From the NCBI GenBank assembly GCA_051746405.1, contig JBNJFB010000039.1, positions 1 through 23,035 of the forward strand: a DNA stretch of 23,035 nucleotides, given 5' to 3'. Positions 8,045 through 18,223 of this stretch are shown here, in pieces. The DNA comes from Campylobacterota bacterium. Lineage in GTDB: Bacteria > Campylobacterota > Campylobacteria > Campylobacterales > Arcobacteraceae. Positions within the stretch are counted from its first letter, which is position 1; each line of letters begins with the position of its first letter. The translations under genes and the position numbers were made by a program. The notes below the pieces were generated by a model. It ran no database searches, was not told the DNA's origin, and saw only the letters and a list, made by a program, of their open reading frames with translations.

Positions 8045-9736
8045 ATGAGTATAGGACTACAAGCTTTTTTTGCTGCATTACCTATATTTTTAGCTGGTAT
8101 ATTGTTAGTTGGACTAAGAGTATCTGCTAAAAAGGCTATGCCATTGGTATATATCGCTACTGTTGCTATTGCTTTTGTAGTTTGGGAAGTATCTTTTAAT
8201 AGAGTTATTGCCTCAACTATTCAAGGTTTATTAATCACTGTGGCTGTTTTATGGATTATTTTTGGGGCTATATTGCTTTTAAATACATTAAAACACTCAG
8301 GTGCTATTGCTATTATTAGACAAGGGTTTAATAATATAAGTCCAGATAGAAGAATACAGGTTATTATTATTGCATGGCTATTTGGTTCTTTTATTGAGGG
8401 GGCTTCTGGATTTGGAACACCTGCTGCTATTGCTGCTCCATTGTTAGTTGCTATTGGATTTCCAGCTATGGCTGCTGTTATGGTTGGTATGATGATTCAA
8501 AGTACACCTGTATCATTTGGTGCAGTTGGAACACCTATTTTAATAGGAGTAAATAAAGGTTTAGATGCACAAGGTATTGGGGTTTCTTTAGAGAGTTTAG
8601 GTTCATCATGGGATGTTTATTTACAAGTTATTACCTCGCAAGTTGCAATAACTCATGCAATTGTTGGAACACTTATTCCATTATTTATGACAGTTATGCT
8701 TACAAGGTTTTTTGGTGAAAATAAATCATGGTTTGAGGGCTTAAGTATAATTCCTTTTGCTATTTTTGCAGGACTTGCATTTACTATTCCATACGCACTA
8801 ACAGGTGTTTTCTTAGGTGCAGAGTTCCCATCTTTAATTGGTGCTTTAGTTGGTTTACCAATTGTAATGTTTGCCGCAAAAAAAGGTTTTTTAGTTCCTA
8901 AAAAGTCTTGGGATTTTGCACCAAAAGAGAAGTGGCCTGTTCATTGGGTTTCAAAACTTGAGATGAAACTAGATGTGGTTTCTGCAAAAGTTCCTATGTC
9001 TTTAACAAAAGCTTGGATTCCATATGTTTTAGTTGCTGTTATTTTAGTAATCACAAGAGTAAGTGATGAAGCTAAAGCTTTTGTACAATCTTGGATTATT
9101 CCTTTTAAAAATATTTTAGGTGAAAACTTAGGCTACTCTATTACTCCATTATATTTACCAGGTGGTATTTTAGTTTTTGTTGCATTAGTTACATACTTTT
9201 TGCATAAAATGGAGTTTAAAGAGATGAAAGCAGCTATTAGTGATTCATCTAAAGTAATGTTAGGAGCTGGTTTTGTACTTGTATTTACAATACCACTTGT
9301 AAGAATTTTAATAAACTCAGGTATAAATGAGTCAGGTTTTGAATCTATGCCTGTTGCTATGGCAAACTTTGTAGCAACAGCTGTTGGGGATATTTATCCA
9401 CTTTTTGCACCTATGGTTGGAGCCCTTGGAGCGTTTATTGCAGGTAGTAATACGGTTTCAAATATGATGTTAGCTCAATATCAGTTTGGAGTTGCTGATG
9501 CTCTTGGTGTTTCAACTGCCTTTATGGTAGCACTTCAAGCAGTGGGAGCAGCAGCTGGAAATATGATAGCTATTCATAATGTTGTTGCAGCATCTGCTAC
9601 TGTTGGATTACTAGACCAAGAGGGTCAAACACTTAGAAGAACAATTATTCCTACAATATATTACTGTTTATTAGCAGGAATTATTGGTATGGTTGGTATG
9701 TATGTTTTAGGAATTACAGACCCACTTATGAAATAA
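8045..9736 (+). CDS. lctP: L-lactate permease (LctP family)
   Basis: 563-aa polytopic protein with [52 protein letters not shown] and [18 protein letters not shown]. Confidence 0.95.
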   Translation: MSIGLQAFFAALPIFLAGILLVGLRVSAKKAMPLVYIATVAIAFVVWEVSFNRVIASTIQGLLITVAVLWIIFGAILLLNTLKHSGAIAIIRQGFNNISPDRRIQVIIIAWLFGSFIEGASGFGTPAAIAAPLLVAIGFPAMAAVMVGMMIQSTPVSFGAVGTPILIGVNKGLDAQGIGVSLESLGSSWDVYLQVITSQVAITHAIVGTLIPLFMTVMLTRFFGENKSWFEGLSIIPFAIFAGLAFTIPYALTGVFLGAEFPSLIGALVGLPIVMFAAKKGFLVPKKSWDFAPKEKWPVHWVSKLEMKLDVVSAKVPMSLTKAWIPYVLVAVILVITRVSDEAKAFVQSWIIPFKNILGENLGYSITPLYLPGGILVFVALVTYFLHKMEFKEMKAAISDSSKVMLGAGFVLVFTIPLVRILINSGINESGFESMPVAMANFVATAVGDIYPLFAPMVGALGAFIAGSNTVSNMMLAQYQFGVADALGVSTAFMVALQAVGAAAGNMIAIHNVVAASATVGLLDQEGQTLRRTIIPTIYYCLLAGIIGMVGMYVLGITDPLMK

Positions 9737-9767
9737 ACAAAAGAGGGCTAGCCCCTTTTGTTATTTT
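9737..9767 (+). terminator. Probable intrinsic terminator after lctP
   Basis: ACAAAAG-A-GGGC-TA-GCCC-CTTTTGT hairpin immediately after the stop, followed by a T-rich run. Confidence 0.75.
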
Positions 9768-9838
9768 ACATTTTAATTAATCTTAATTATTTATACGCTA
9801 CTATTTGCACTATTTAAGTAGGTAAGGTAAATAATTTT

Positions 9839-11773
9839 ATGTTAGATAAGTTATTAAGTAAAGCTGATTCATTGTTTGGAAATAATGAGTCTTTAGAAGA
9901 TATTATACTAAGTGATGAATTTAATGAAAAAAAACTAGATAGAAAACTATCTTCATATGAATTAAATCTTGATAATTTATATTTATTAAAATTAGCAATT
10001 AAAAATAATAAAAGTGAACCCTTAAAGTATCTAATTGAAAATGTTGGTTTTAACATAAATGTAGTAGATAAAAATGAAGAGAATATTCTTTTTTTAGCTT
10101 TAGAAAAAAAATCAAAAGAGTGTAGTGAGATATTAATACAAAATGAAATAAGCTTAACTCAAGTAAATAAAAATGGCATTTCAGTACTTCATATGGCTGC
10201 ACAAAGTGGTCTTTTAGATATCTTTAATACAGTAGCAAAAAAAAATCAAGATTTAGAAATAGAAGATAAAAATGGAAGAAATATTCTATTTTATGCAATT
10301 AAATCAAAAAACTTTCATATAATCAAAAGAGTTTTTGAATTAACCTCAATAAAATTAAACTCTACAGATAAAAACAGAAATACAATAGCTCACCTAAAAG
10401 AGATAACTGCAAATATAGATTTATTAAAATTCTTTATAAAAAAAGGTTTAAAAATTGATGCCTTAAACAACAATAAAGAGGATTTTTTTTATTTAAACTG
10501 CTTAGATTTGGATATTCCAAATGATTTTTTTGAAGAGTTATTTCAAAAAAAAGATATATCAAATAGAAAGTATTCAAAAGAGCAAGAGACTATTTTAATA
10601 AAACTTGTAAAGAAGCTTTTAACTATAGATATTCAAGTATTTGAAAATAAAACTTTAGCAAACAAATATCAAGAGAGGTTTTTAAATTTTATAAATTCAG
10701 GACTAGATGTAAATAGTACAAATAAAAATGATGAAAATCTGCTTTTTTATGTTGTAAGAGCAAATAATAACTTTGTTTTAGAGTTTTGCCTTGATAAAAC
10801 TAATGTACAAATAAATCAACTAGATAAAAATAGAAATGGATTACTGCAATTAGCTATTTTCAGAAAAGATCCAGATATGGATTTAATAAAAAATTTAATT
10901 TATCATGATGTGGATTGCATGGAAAATGATTCTAATGGATATAGTGTTATAGATAAGATTATTGATGTTATTTTATCAAGAGATACTCCTCTTAGAGAAA
11001 ATAAGATTTTAGGCTTACAGTACGCAAAAAGTTTAAATCTAACAAAACTTTTGATATTTATTTTAGATTATAAAAAGATAAAAATTGATGATTTAAACTT
11101 TGGTAATACACCTATGGTTTTTGAAGTTGCAAAATCTTTTAATGTTCAACTTTTAGAAGTATTGAAAAGATATGGTGCAAACTTAGATATAAAAGATTCT
11201 AAAACTGGACTAAATGTATATTATGAAGTTTTAGAAGCAGGTAAAAAAGCTCCCAATGAATTAAAAACTCTATTTTTAAAGACACTTAAATATTTGGTAT
11301 TTAGTGAAGTTAATTTGAGTGTAAGGGACTCATATGGGGGAGATGTTATTCATAAGGCTGTATTAGATCATGATTTAAAAGTATTTAATCTTTTAACACA
11401 AAGAATTGATAACTTTAAATCAAAAGATAAAAAAGGGAGAACTTATATACACAATGCAGTGTGGAATAATAAAGTTGAGATTTTAAAGAAACTTGCTTTT
11501 ATTGAAAAAGATTTAATAAATGAACCTGATAAATTTGGTTTGCTACCTATAAACTATGGGGTTATTTTAGGTAAAAAAGAGGCTGTTTTAGCATTAATTC
11601 AAATGGGTGCGTTTTTAAATAATCCAAATAAAGTAAGCGAAGATTATAAATACAAATTTTTTGCAAAATTAGGAAAGCTTGGTGATTTATTAAATCAAAA
11701 AATGACGTCAAGTGAAAAAGAGACATTAACAAAGCTTGTGAAAAATATGCAAGAAGAGTTACAAGTAGAATAA
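9839..11773 (+). CDS. Ankyrin-repeat protein (paralog 1)
   Basis: Many roughly 33-aa degenerate ankyrin units (NKNGISVLHMAA, DKNGRNILFYAI, DSYGGDVIHKAV, DKKGRTYIHNAV, DKFGLLPINYGV). No signal peptide. Confidence 0.9.
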   Translation: MLDKLLSKADSLFGNNESLEDIILSDEFNEKKLDRKLSSYELNLDNLYLLKLAIKNNKSEPLKYLIENVGFNINVVDKNEENILFLALEKKSKECSEILIQNEISLTQVNKNGISVLHMAAQSGLLDIFNTVAKKNQDLEIEDKNGRNILFYAIKSKNFHIIKRVFELTSIKLNSTDKNRNTIAHLKEITANIDLLKFFIKKGLKIDALNNNKEDFFYLNCLDLDIPNDFFEELFQKKDISNRKYSKEQETILIKLVKKLLTIDIQVFENKTLANKYQERFLNFINSGLDVNSTNKNDENLLFYVVRANNNFVLEFCLDKTNVQINQLDKNRNGLLQLAIFRKDPDMDLIKNLIYHDVDCMENDSNGYSVIDKIIDVILSRDTPLRENKILGLQYAKSLNLTKLLIFILDYKKIKIDDLNFGNTPMVFEVAKSFNVQLLEVLKRYGANLDIKDSKTGLNVYYEVLEAGKKAPNELKTLFLKTLKYLVFSEVNLSVRDSYGGDVIHKAVLDHDLKVFNLLTQRIDNFKSKDKKGRTYIHNAVWNNKVEILKKLAFIEKDLINEPDKFGLLPINYGVILGKKEAVLALIQMGAFLNNPNKVSEDYKYKFFAKLGKLGDLLNQKMTSSEKETLTKLVKNMQEELQVE

Positions 11774-11779
11774 TAATTT

Positions 11780-11808
11780 TTTAAACCTTATAAAATAAGG
11801 GGTTTAAA
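11780..11808. terminator. Possible hairpin or weak terminator between the ankyrin genes
   Basis: TTTAAACCTTAT-AAA-ATAAGG(GG)TTTAAA imperfect inverted repeat; AT-rich and therefore weak. Confidence 0.35.
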
Positions 11809-11869
11809 TAAAACATAACTAAAATATAGATACTATATTAGTTATTTAGAAATATATCAAGGGTTAAAG

Positions 11870-13780
11870 ATGTTAGATAAGTTATTTGGTAAAAGTGAAA
11901 CTTTAGAAGAATTAGTAGTAAAAAAGCCATTTAATGAAAAAGCTATTGAAAAGAAGCTTCAAAAAGAAACTTATGATAAAGTTGAAACAACTATTTTACA
12001 TCATTGTGCAAAAAATGATGCTTTTCTAGCTATAAAACTTCTTATATCAAAAGGTTTTTATGTAAATGCACTTGATATAAACGGTGAAAATCCTCTTTTT
12101 TATGCATTAAGAGCAAATGCTTTAGAAAGTGCCAAAGTGCTTTTAAGTAATGGAGTTGATGTAAATAAAGAGAACTTAGATGGTACTATTGCCCTTCACC
12201 TAGCTTTTAGGTATGGTGCAACACAATTAGTAGATTTAATAGCAAAAAAAACAAAAGATATAAACAGAGTTGATAATGATGGAAGAAATATACTTTTTCA
12301 TGCTATTGAGTCAAAAAATAGGTTAGCCATAAAAAAAGTTTTGTCCTTAGCTGATGATATTGATGTTAATCAAAAAGATAAAAAAGGTAACACAATTGTT
12401 CATCTAAAAGAGATAACAACAGATTTAAATATCTTTGATGGACTTTTAGAGCTTGGATTAGATTTAAATATCATAAATAATAGAGGCGAAGACTTTTTAT
12501 ATATAAATTGTACAGATTTAGATTTAAGTGATAATATCTTGATATATGCTATTAGAAATGGTGCTAAACTAGATAGAACTTATGGAAATAAAAATATTTC
12601 ATTATTAATGAGGTTAACACAAAAGCTACTATCTTTTGATATACAAATCTATGAGAATAAAAGTGCTATTAATCAGTGTCAAGATAGGATTATGACACTA
12701 ATAGAGTATGGTGCAGATGTGAATATTTTAAATAGTGATAATGAAAACATACTATTTCAAATAGTTAGAAAAAAAGATGATTTTAATTTAGATTTTATAT
12801 TAAACTCAACGCAAATAGATGTAAATCAAGTTAATAATGTAGGGCATACAGTTCTTGACATTGCTATTTTTAATGGTAAGCCATATATTGACTTGATTAA
12901 AAGATTGCTTTTTTCTAATATTGATTCAAGTCTAAAAGAAGAGAAGGGCTATAGTGTAATTGACAAAGTTGTTGATATTATTTTAAGTGAAAATTCAGTC
13001 AATAGAGTAAGAAAAATTCCCAACACTAGGGTTTATCCAGGAGTTAATTATAATCAAATATTGAATCTTCTTTTAGAGTATATAAAAATAGATATTGATG
13101 AGTTAATGTTTGATGATGAACCTATTATATTTGAAATAGCAAAATCATTTAATGTTCCACTATTGGAGACATTTAAAAAGTATGGGGCTAATTTAGATGT
13201 AGTAAGTCCAAAAAATGGATTAAATGTATTTTATAAGGTATTAGAAGCTGGAAAAAATGAAAAAGGACAAAGACATAATTTTCATAAGACACTTAACTTT
13301 TTAGTTTCAAATGGAGTAAATATAGATAATAAAGACTCATATGGTGGGAATGTAATACATAAAGCAATTTTAGACCATGATTTACAAGTTATAAATATAT
13401 TAACAAAAAGAGTAGGTGATTATAGAGCTGTTGATAATAAAGGAAGAAACTATATTCATAATACCGTATGGAAAGATAAAGTTGATATTCTTAAAAAGAT
13501 TGCCTTGAAAAATAGAGATTTAATAAACTTGCCTGATAAGTTTGGTATTTTACCTATTAATTATGCTGTTATTATGGGAAAAAAGGAAGTGGTTTTTACG
13601 CTAATAAAATTAGGAGCTTTTTTAAATAATCAACATAAAATTAATAAACAGTTTAAGGAGAGTTTTTTTGCAAAACTTGGTAATTTAGACGATATTTTAA
13701 ATACTTCAATGACAGTGAATGAAAGAACACTAATGACAAAACTAGTAACAAATATGAAAGATGAGTTTCAAGCTGATTAA
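11870..13780 (+). CDS. Ankyrin-repeat protein (paralog 2)
   Basis: Ankyrin units (DINGENPLFYAL, NLDGTIALHLAF, DNDGRNILFHAI, DSYGGNVIHKAI, DKFGILPINYAV); colinear with paralog 1 over the full length. Confidence 0.9.
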   Translation: MLDKLFGKSETLEELVVKKPFNEKAIEKKLQKETYDKVETTILHHCAKNDAFLAIKLLISKGFYVNALDINGENPLFYALRANALESAKVLLSNGVDVNKENLDGTIALHLAFRYGATQLVDLIAKKTKDINRVDNDGRNILFHAIESKNRLAIKKVLSLADDIDVNQKDKKGNTIVHLKEITTDLNIFDGLLELGLDLNIINNRGEDFLYINCTDLDLSDNILIYAIRNGAKLDRTYGNKNISLLMRLTQKLLSFDIQIYENKSAINQCQDRIMTLIEYGADVNILNSDNENILFQIVRKKDDFNLDFILNSTQIDVNQVNNVGHTVLDIAIFNGKPYIDLIKRLLFSNIDSSLKEEKGYSVIDKVVDIILSENSVNRVRKIPNTRVYPGVNYNQILNLLLEYIKIDIDELMFDDEPIIFEIAKSFNVPLLETFKKYGANLDVVSPKNGLNVFYKVLEAGKNEKGQRHNFHKTLNFLVSNGVNIDNKDSYGGNVIHKAILDHDLQVINILTKRVGDYRAVDNKGRNYIHNTVWKDKVDILKKIALKNRDLINLPDKFGILPINYAVIMGKKEVVFTLIKLGAFLNNQHKINKQFKESFFAKLGNLDDILNTSMTVNERTLMTKLVTNMKDEFQAD

Positions 13781-13854
13781 TTTTTATTTTTTAAAAATCC
13801 CAAATTAAGTTATTATAGTATATAGTAGTAAATAAATAAAATTCAGGAAAATTA

Positions 13855-14121
13855 ATGGACTACGATGAGTTTGAAAAAGCAGTAGATACATTAGGTATAC
13901 TTACTAAAATCTCAAGAGAAGATGTGAAAAAAAAGTATATTAAGCTATCTAAAAAGTATCATCCAGATATGCCACAGGGTAGTGAAGAGAAGTTTAAGCA
14001 ATTAAAAAAATCTTATGATATACTCTGTGCATATATGGATTCTTATTGTTATTCATTTGACAAAGATGAGTATAAAGATCAGTTTCCTGCCTTTACAAAC
14101 TACAAAAACTGGAACAAATAA
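13855..14121 (+). CDS. Minimal J-domain protein
   Basis: 88 aa with LGI....EDVKKKY.KLSKKYHPD...EKFKQLKKSYDIL; AGGA RBS. Confidence 0.88.
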   Translation: MDYDEFEKAVDTLGILTKISREDVKKKYIKLSKKYHPDMPQGSEEKFKQLKKSYDILCAYMDSYCYSFDKDEYKDQFPAFTNYKNWNK

Positions 14122-14134
14122 AAGGAAGTTTATT

Positions 14135-14998
14135 ATGATTTTAGATGATAAAAAAGTAAAAGAACTAGTTTTAGTCTCTTTGGTTACTGACTCTTACTGT
14201 TTAGGAAGTCATTGGGTTTATGACCAAAATCAACTTCTAAAACAGAATATAAACTGGCAAGAGCTAAATAATCCTTTAGCTATTTGGCACAAAGGTAAAA
14301 AAGCAGGAGAGTTTACTCATTATGGGGATCAAACATATTGGTTATATGAATTTTTAGAAGATAAAGAGTTTTTTGATGAAAATGAGTTTTTTGATTTTTG
14401 GATTAAAAAAATGCAATCATACAATGGATATATAGACTCAGCAACAAAAACAACTCTACAAAACTTCCAAGAAAGTAATAAACCCTATGGTTCAAAATCT
14501 TCTGATTTATCTATAGTTGGAAGATTTGCTCCTTTGTTAAAAGTCTCAAAAGATAAAACAGAGTTTTTAGAAAATGTACAAAAACTAACAGCCTTAACAC
14601 ATAATTCACAAAGTGCAAAAGATGCATCAGACTTTTTTGCAAAACTTTTTTTAGAGGTTTTAGAAAACAGAAATATTGAAAAATCAATTCTATTTTTAAA
14701 AGATGGTTTTAATAGTACTATTCAAGACTACATACAAAAGGCATTTGATTCAAAAAATGCAAACACAAGTGAAGTTATGAAAGATTTTGGTTTAGCTTGT
14801 GATATAAGTGAAGGTTTCTCAGGAGTTATTCATCTTTTATTGAAGTATGATGATTATAAACAGATGCAAATTGCAAATGCAAAAGCAGGGGGAGAAACTA
14901 GTGCAAGAGGTATGATAGCTGCACTTATTTTTATGGCAAATAAACCAATATCAAAAATTCCAAGAAATTGGTTTAATATTAAAAAAACTATAAATTAA
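14135..14998 (+). CDS. ADP-ribosylglycohydrolase-fold protein (divergent subfamily)
   Basis: Motifs DSYCLGSHWVYD, GEFTHYGDQ, ALTHN and NAKAGGETSARG. Start reassigned from 14015 to the in-frame ATG at 14135, which has an AAGGAAG RBS and avoids the overlap with the J-domain gene. Confidence 0.8.
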   Translation: MILDDKKVKELVLVSLVTDSYCLGSHWVYDQNQLLKQNINWQELNNPLAIWHKGKKAGEFTHYGDQTYWLYEFLEDKEFFDENEFFDFWIKKMQSYNGYIDSATKTTLQNFQESNKPYGSKSSDLSIVGRFAPLLKVSKDKTEFLENVQKLTALTHNSQSAKDASDFFAKLFLEVLENRNIEKSILFLKDGFNSTIQDYIQKAFDSKNANTSEVMKDFGLACDISEGFSGVIHLLLKYDDYKQMQIANAKAGGETSARGMIAALIFMANKPISKIPRNWFNIKKTIN

Positions 14999-15007
14999 GT
15001 AGGAAAT

Positions 15008-15415
15008 ATGAAAAGAACATTAGTAAACTTTTTCTCAGATAAACTATATATTGAATTATCAATCGCAAGTGTGTTATTTGTGATAGCACTTTGGATTGGT
15101 ATGCTTATGGATTTTATTATCTATATGCTATATTTTATAATTTTTTTAGAGATAGTAAGAACTGTAATAAACTATATAAGAGAGCAAAGAGTCTCTTTAA
15201 CCTTACTTGTTGATGCATTTTTAATCTTAGCACTTAGAGAGTTTATAGTAAATGTAGTAAAAGTAAATAAACAAGAGTTACATAGTATTGAAGAGATTTT
15301 TTTAAGTTCTGTAAACTATAATCTACTTATTTTATCAGGTGTTATAATATTTCTATTAATAGTGAAGTATTTTTCAATAAAAACGTCACAAAAATACCTA
15401 TTTGAGCGAAAGTAA
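15008..15415 (+). CDS. PsiE-family (phosphate-starvation-inducible E) membrane protein
   Basis: About four TM helices with LEIVRTV..Y...QRV and DAFLILALREFI. Starts 9 bp after the ARH gene with an AGGA RBS. Confidence 0.75.
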   Translation: MKRTLVNFFSDKLYIELSIASVLFVIALWIGMLMDFIIYMLYFIIFLEIVRTVINYIREQRVSLTLLVDAFLILALREFIVNVVKVNKQELHSIEEIFLSSVNYNLLILSGVIIFLLIVKYFSIKTSQKYLFERK

Positions 15416-15553
15416 TAAGCAAAATAATATATTTATGCCCAGTGTTAATATAGTCTTAATGAAAAAGATATTAAGATTAAAAAAATAGTGTTATTCCTTG
15501 AAAGTATATTTCAAAGGGTACTTAACTGTCATTAACATTAGGGAGCATGTCAA

Positions 15554-18187
15554 ATGAAGTCAATTTCAATTAAAGCAAAACTTTTAATGATTGTCATCAG
15601 TTCTATCGTAATAGTATCTGTTGCAATGATTATACAGTCAATTGTGTCTTTACAAGAAACCTCAGACACAATTATAGAGAAGTTTAAAGAGGATGCATAC
15701 TCAGAAAAAACAAAAGAGATACAAAACTATGTATCTTTAGCTATGAAGACTGTAGAGTCTTATTATGAAAGAACATCCAAAGAGAAAGTAAAAGCAGAAG
15801 TTCAAGACTACCTAAAAGAGCAAACAGGATTTATGTTTTCTGTTATGCAAGGTACTTATGATAAGTATAAAGGTAAGGTAAGCCAAGAAGAGCTAAAACA
15901 ATTAGTTATAAATGCAGTTGAGTCTACAAGATATGGTGATAGTGGATATTTCTGGATGAATGACTTGGATGCTAATATTATAATGCATCCAATAAAACCA
16001 CAACTTAATGGTAAAGATTTATCATCATTTAAAGATGAAGATGGAAAAAGAATATTTGTAGAGTTTGCAAATGTTGCTGGAAATAGTGGTAGTGGATTTG
16101 TAGACTATGTATGGCCAAAGCCAGGTTTTGACAAGCCACAAGATAAAGTATCTTATGTGAAACTATTTGAACCTTTTGGTTGGGTTGTTGGAACAGGTGC
16201 TTATGTGGATGATGTAACCTCAAGACTACAAGAAGAAGCACTAAGAGCAATTAGTGAAATGAGATATGGCACAAACTCTTCTGGGTATTTTTGGATAAAT
16301 GATTCAAATCACGAAGTTGTTATGCATCCAATTGACCCATCAATGAATGGTAAAGATATGTCAGATTTACAAGACCCAAATGGAAAATATATCTTTAGAG
16401 AGATTGTAAAAGCAGCAAACTCAGGTGAAGAGGGTGGAAAAGTCTACTACAGCTGGGAAAAACCAGGAAAATCAAAACCACAACCAAAAATTTCATATGC
16501 ACAAAAGTTCGGACCATGGGATTGGGTAATAGGAACAGGTGTTTATGTTGATGATATTGAAGAAAAAATTATTGAGATGAAAGAAGAGACTGAATCTCAA
16601 ATAATGGATGTTATTATTAGAAACTGTATTATTATCTTAGTAATTATGATTGTTTTAGCACTTGTTATGGCAGGAATCTCAAATAGAGTGATTTTCAAAC
16701 CACTTGAGGATTTCACAACTGGATTATTAAGCTTCTTTAAATATATCAATAAAGAAGAAAGTGATGTTAAACATCTAGATGATAGTGCAGATGATGAAAT
16801 AGGTAAAATGGCAAAAATTGTTAATGAAAATGTTAAGAAAACAAAATCACTAATTGAACAAGATAATGCATTAATTGAAGATGTTACAAGAGTTGTTGGT
16901 AATATTAAAAATGGTTATTTAGATAGTAGAGTTGAAAAAACAACACAGACTCAAGCTCTGAAAATTTTACAAAAACAGATAAATGAGATGTTAGATAACC
17001 TAGAAAAAAATATTGGTAGAGATACAAATACAATCTTAGAAGTACTTGAAAAGTATGGTAAACTAGACTTTAGAGATAATATAAAAGGTGCACAAGGTCA
17101 AGTTGAAGTTGCTATAAATGACTTGTCAAAAATCATTAATGACATGCTAGCTGAAAATAAACAAAATGGATTAACACTAGATGCTAGTTCGGATATACTT
17201 CTTGAAAATGTTGATAAACTAAATAATAACTCTACAACAACAGCAGCAGCGTTAGAGCAAACAGCAGCAGCACTTGAAGAGATTACAAGTACTATTATCA
17301 ATAATACAGAAAGAATTACTACTATGTCGACAAACTCTGAAGAGTTATCAAAGTCAATTAGTGTAGGACAAGAGTTAGCAACAGGTACAGTTAAATCAAT
17401 GGATGATATTAATGATCAAACACAACAAATAGCAGAAGCTATTACAGTAATTGACCAAATAGCATTCCAAACAAATATCTTAAGTCTAAACGCAGCAGTA
17501 GAAGCAGCAACAGCAGGTGAAGCTGGAAAAGGTTTTGCAGTTGTAGCACAAGAGGTTAGAAACTTAGCAAATAGAAGTGCCGATGCAGCAAAAGATATTA
17601 AAGCTATAGTTGAAAAAGCAACAGAAAAAGCTAACACAGGTAAAGATGGTGCTGATAAGATGATTAAAGGTTATGAGCAACTAAATACAAGTGTACTTAA
17701 AACTACTGAGTTAATAGGTGAGATTACAGAAGCATCAAAAGAGCAAAAAACAGGAATAGAGCAAATAAACGATGCAGTAACACAGCTTGATAGTCAAACT
17801 CAACAAAATGTTGTTATTTCTAATACAACTCAAAGTATTGCAACTCAAACAGATGAGCTGGCAAAACTTATCGTAAAACAAGCTAATGAGAAAGAGTTTA
17901 TAGGAAAAGATAGTATTAAAAGTGAAGAGGTAAGAACAGGTGATAAAAGTGCAGATGAGATTTTAGCAGAGCTTAGAAGTAACGCATCAGTAAAACAAAA
18001 AAGAAATACTTCTACGAGTAGCTCATCACATAAATCTAGCTATAACTCTTCTGCAAACAGTGATACAAGCAGTAGTAAGTCCTCATCAACAAGCGATTAC
18101 AAAAGTAGTTCAACTTCATCATCAACAAACAACAATAATAAAACATTCACTGATACATCAGATGATGACGAGTGGGAAAGCTTCTAA
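15554..18187 (+). CDS. Methyl-accepting chemotaxis protein with two sCache_2-type sensor modules
   Basis: Two TM helices, two YG..GYFW.ND....MHP...GK..Y.W.KPG....K.SY...GW..GTG.YVDD modules, HAMP (DDEIGKMA), signalling hairpin [37 protein letters not shown] and C-terminal EWESF. Confidence 0.96.
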   Translation: MKSISIKAKLLMIVISSIVIVSVAMIIQSIVSLQETSDTIIEKFKEDAYSEKTKEIQNYVSLAMKTVESYYERTSKEKVKAEVQDYLKEQTGFMFSVMQGTYDKYKGKVSQEELKQLVINAVESTRYGDSGYFWMNDLDANIIMHPIKPQLNGKDLSSFKDEDGKRIFVEFANVAGNSGSGFVDYVWPKPGFDKPQDKVSYVKLFEPFGWVVGTGAYVDDVTSRLQEEALRAISEMRYGTNSSGYFWINDSNHEVVMHPIDPSMNGKDMSDLQDPNGKYIFREIVKAANSGEEGGKVYYSWEKPGKSKPQPKISYAQKFGPWDWVIGTGVYVDDIEEKIIEMKEETESQIMDVIIRNCIIILVIMIVLALVMAGISNRVIFKPLEDFTTGLLSFFKYINKEESDVKHLDDSADDEIGKMAKIVNENVKKTKSLIEQDNALIEDVTRVVGNIKNGYLDSRVEKTTQTQALKILQKQINEMLDNLEKNIGRDTNTILEVLEKYGKLDFRDNIKGAQGQVEVAINDLSKIINDMLAENKQNGLTLDASSDILLENVDKLNNNSTTTAAALEQTAAALEEITSTIINNTERITTMSTNSEELSKSISVGQELATGTVKSMDDINDQTQQIAEAITVIDQIAFQTNILSLNAAVEAATAGEAGKGFAVVAQEVRNLANRSADAAKDIKAIVEKATEKANTGKDGADKMIKGYEQLNTSVLKTTELIGEITEASKEQKTGIEQINDAVTQLDSQTQQNVVISNTTQSIATQTDELAKLIVKQANEKEFIGKDSIKSEEVRTGDKSADEILAELRSNASVKQKRNTSTSSSSHKSSYNSSANSDTSSSKSSSTSDYKSSSTSSSTNNNNKTFTDTSDDDEWESF

Positions 18188-18199
18188 AGCTTTCTTACT
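18171..18199 (+). terminator. Hairpin overlapping the MCP stop codon
   Basis: Perfect GAAAGCTT-CTA-AAGCTTTC core, extendable to AGTGGGAAAGCTT/AAGCTTTCTTACT with G-U pairs. Poor U-tract. Confidence 0.4.
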
Positions 18200-18223
18200 T
18201 AGTTGAATGTGTAATTTAAAATT

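Noticed and set aside
13805..13830. Antisense TACTATAAT promoter pointing into ankyrin paralog 2
   Set aside because: -10-like hexamers are frequent at this AT content and no supporting -35 or transcript feature is visible.
14015..14134. Track start of the ARH gene at 14015
   Set aside because: It overlaps the J-domain gene by 107 nt and has no RBS, whereas ATG 14135 has AAGGAAG.
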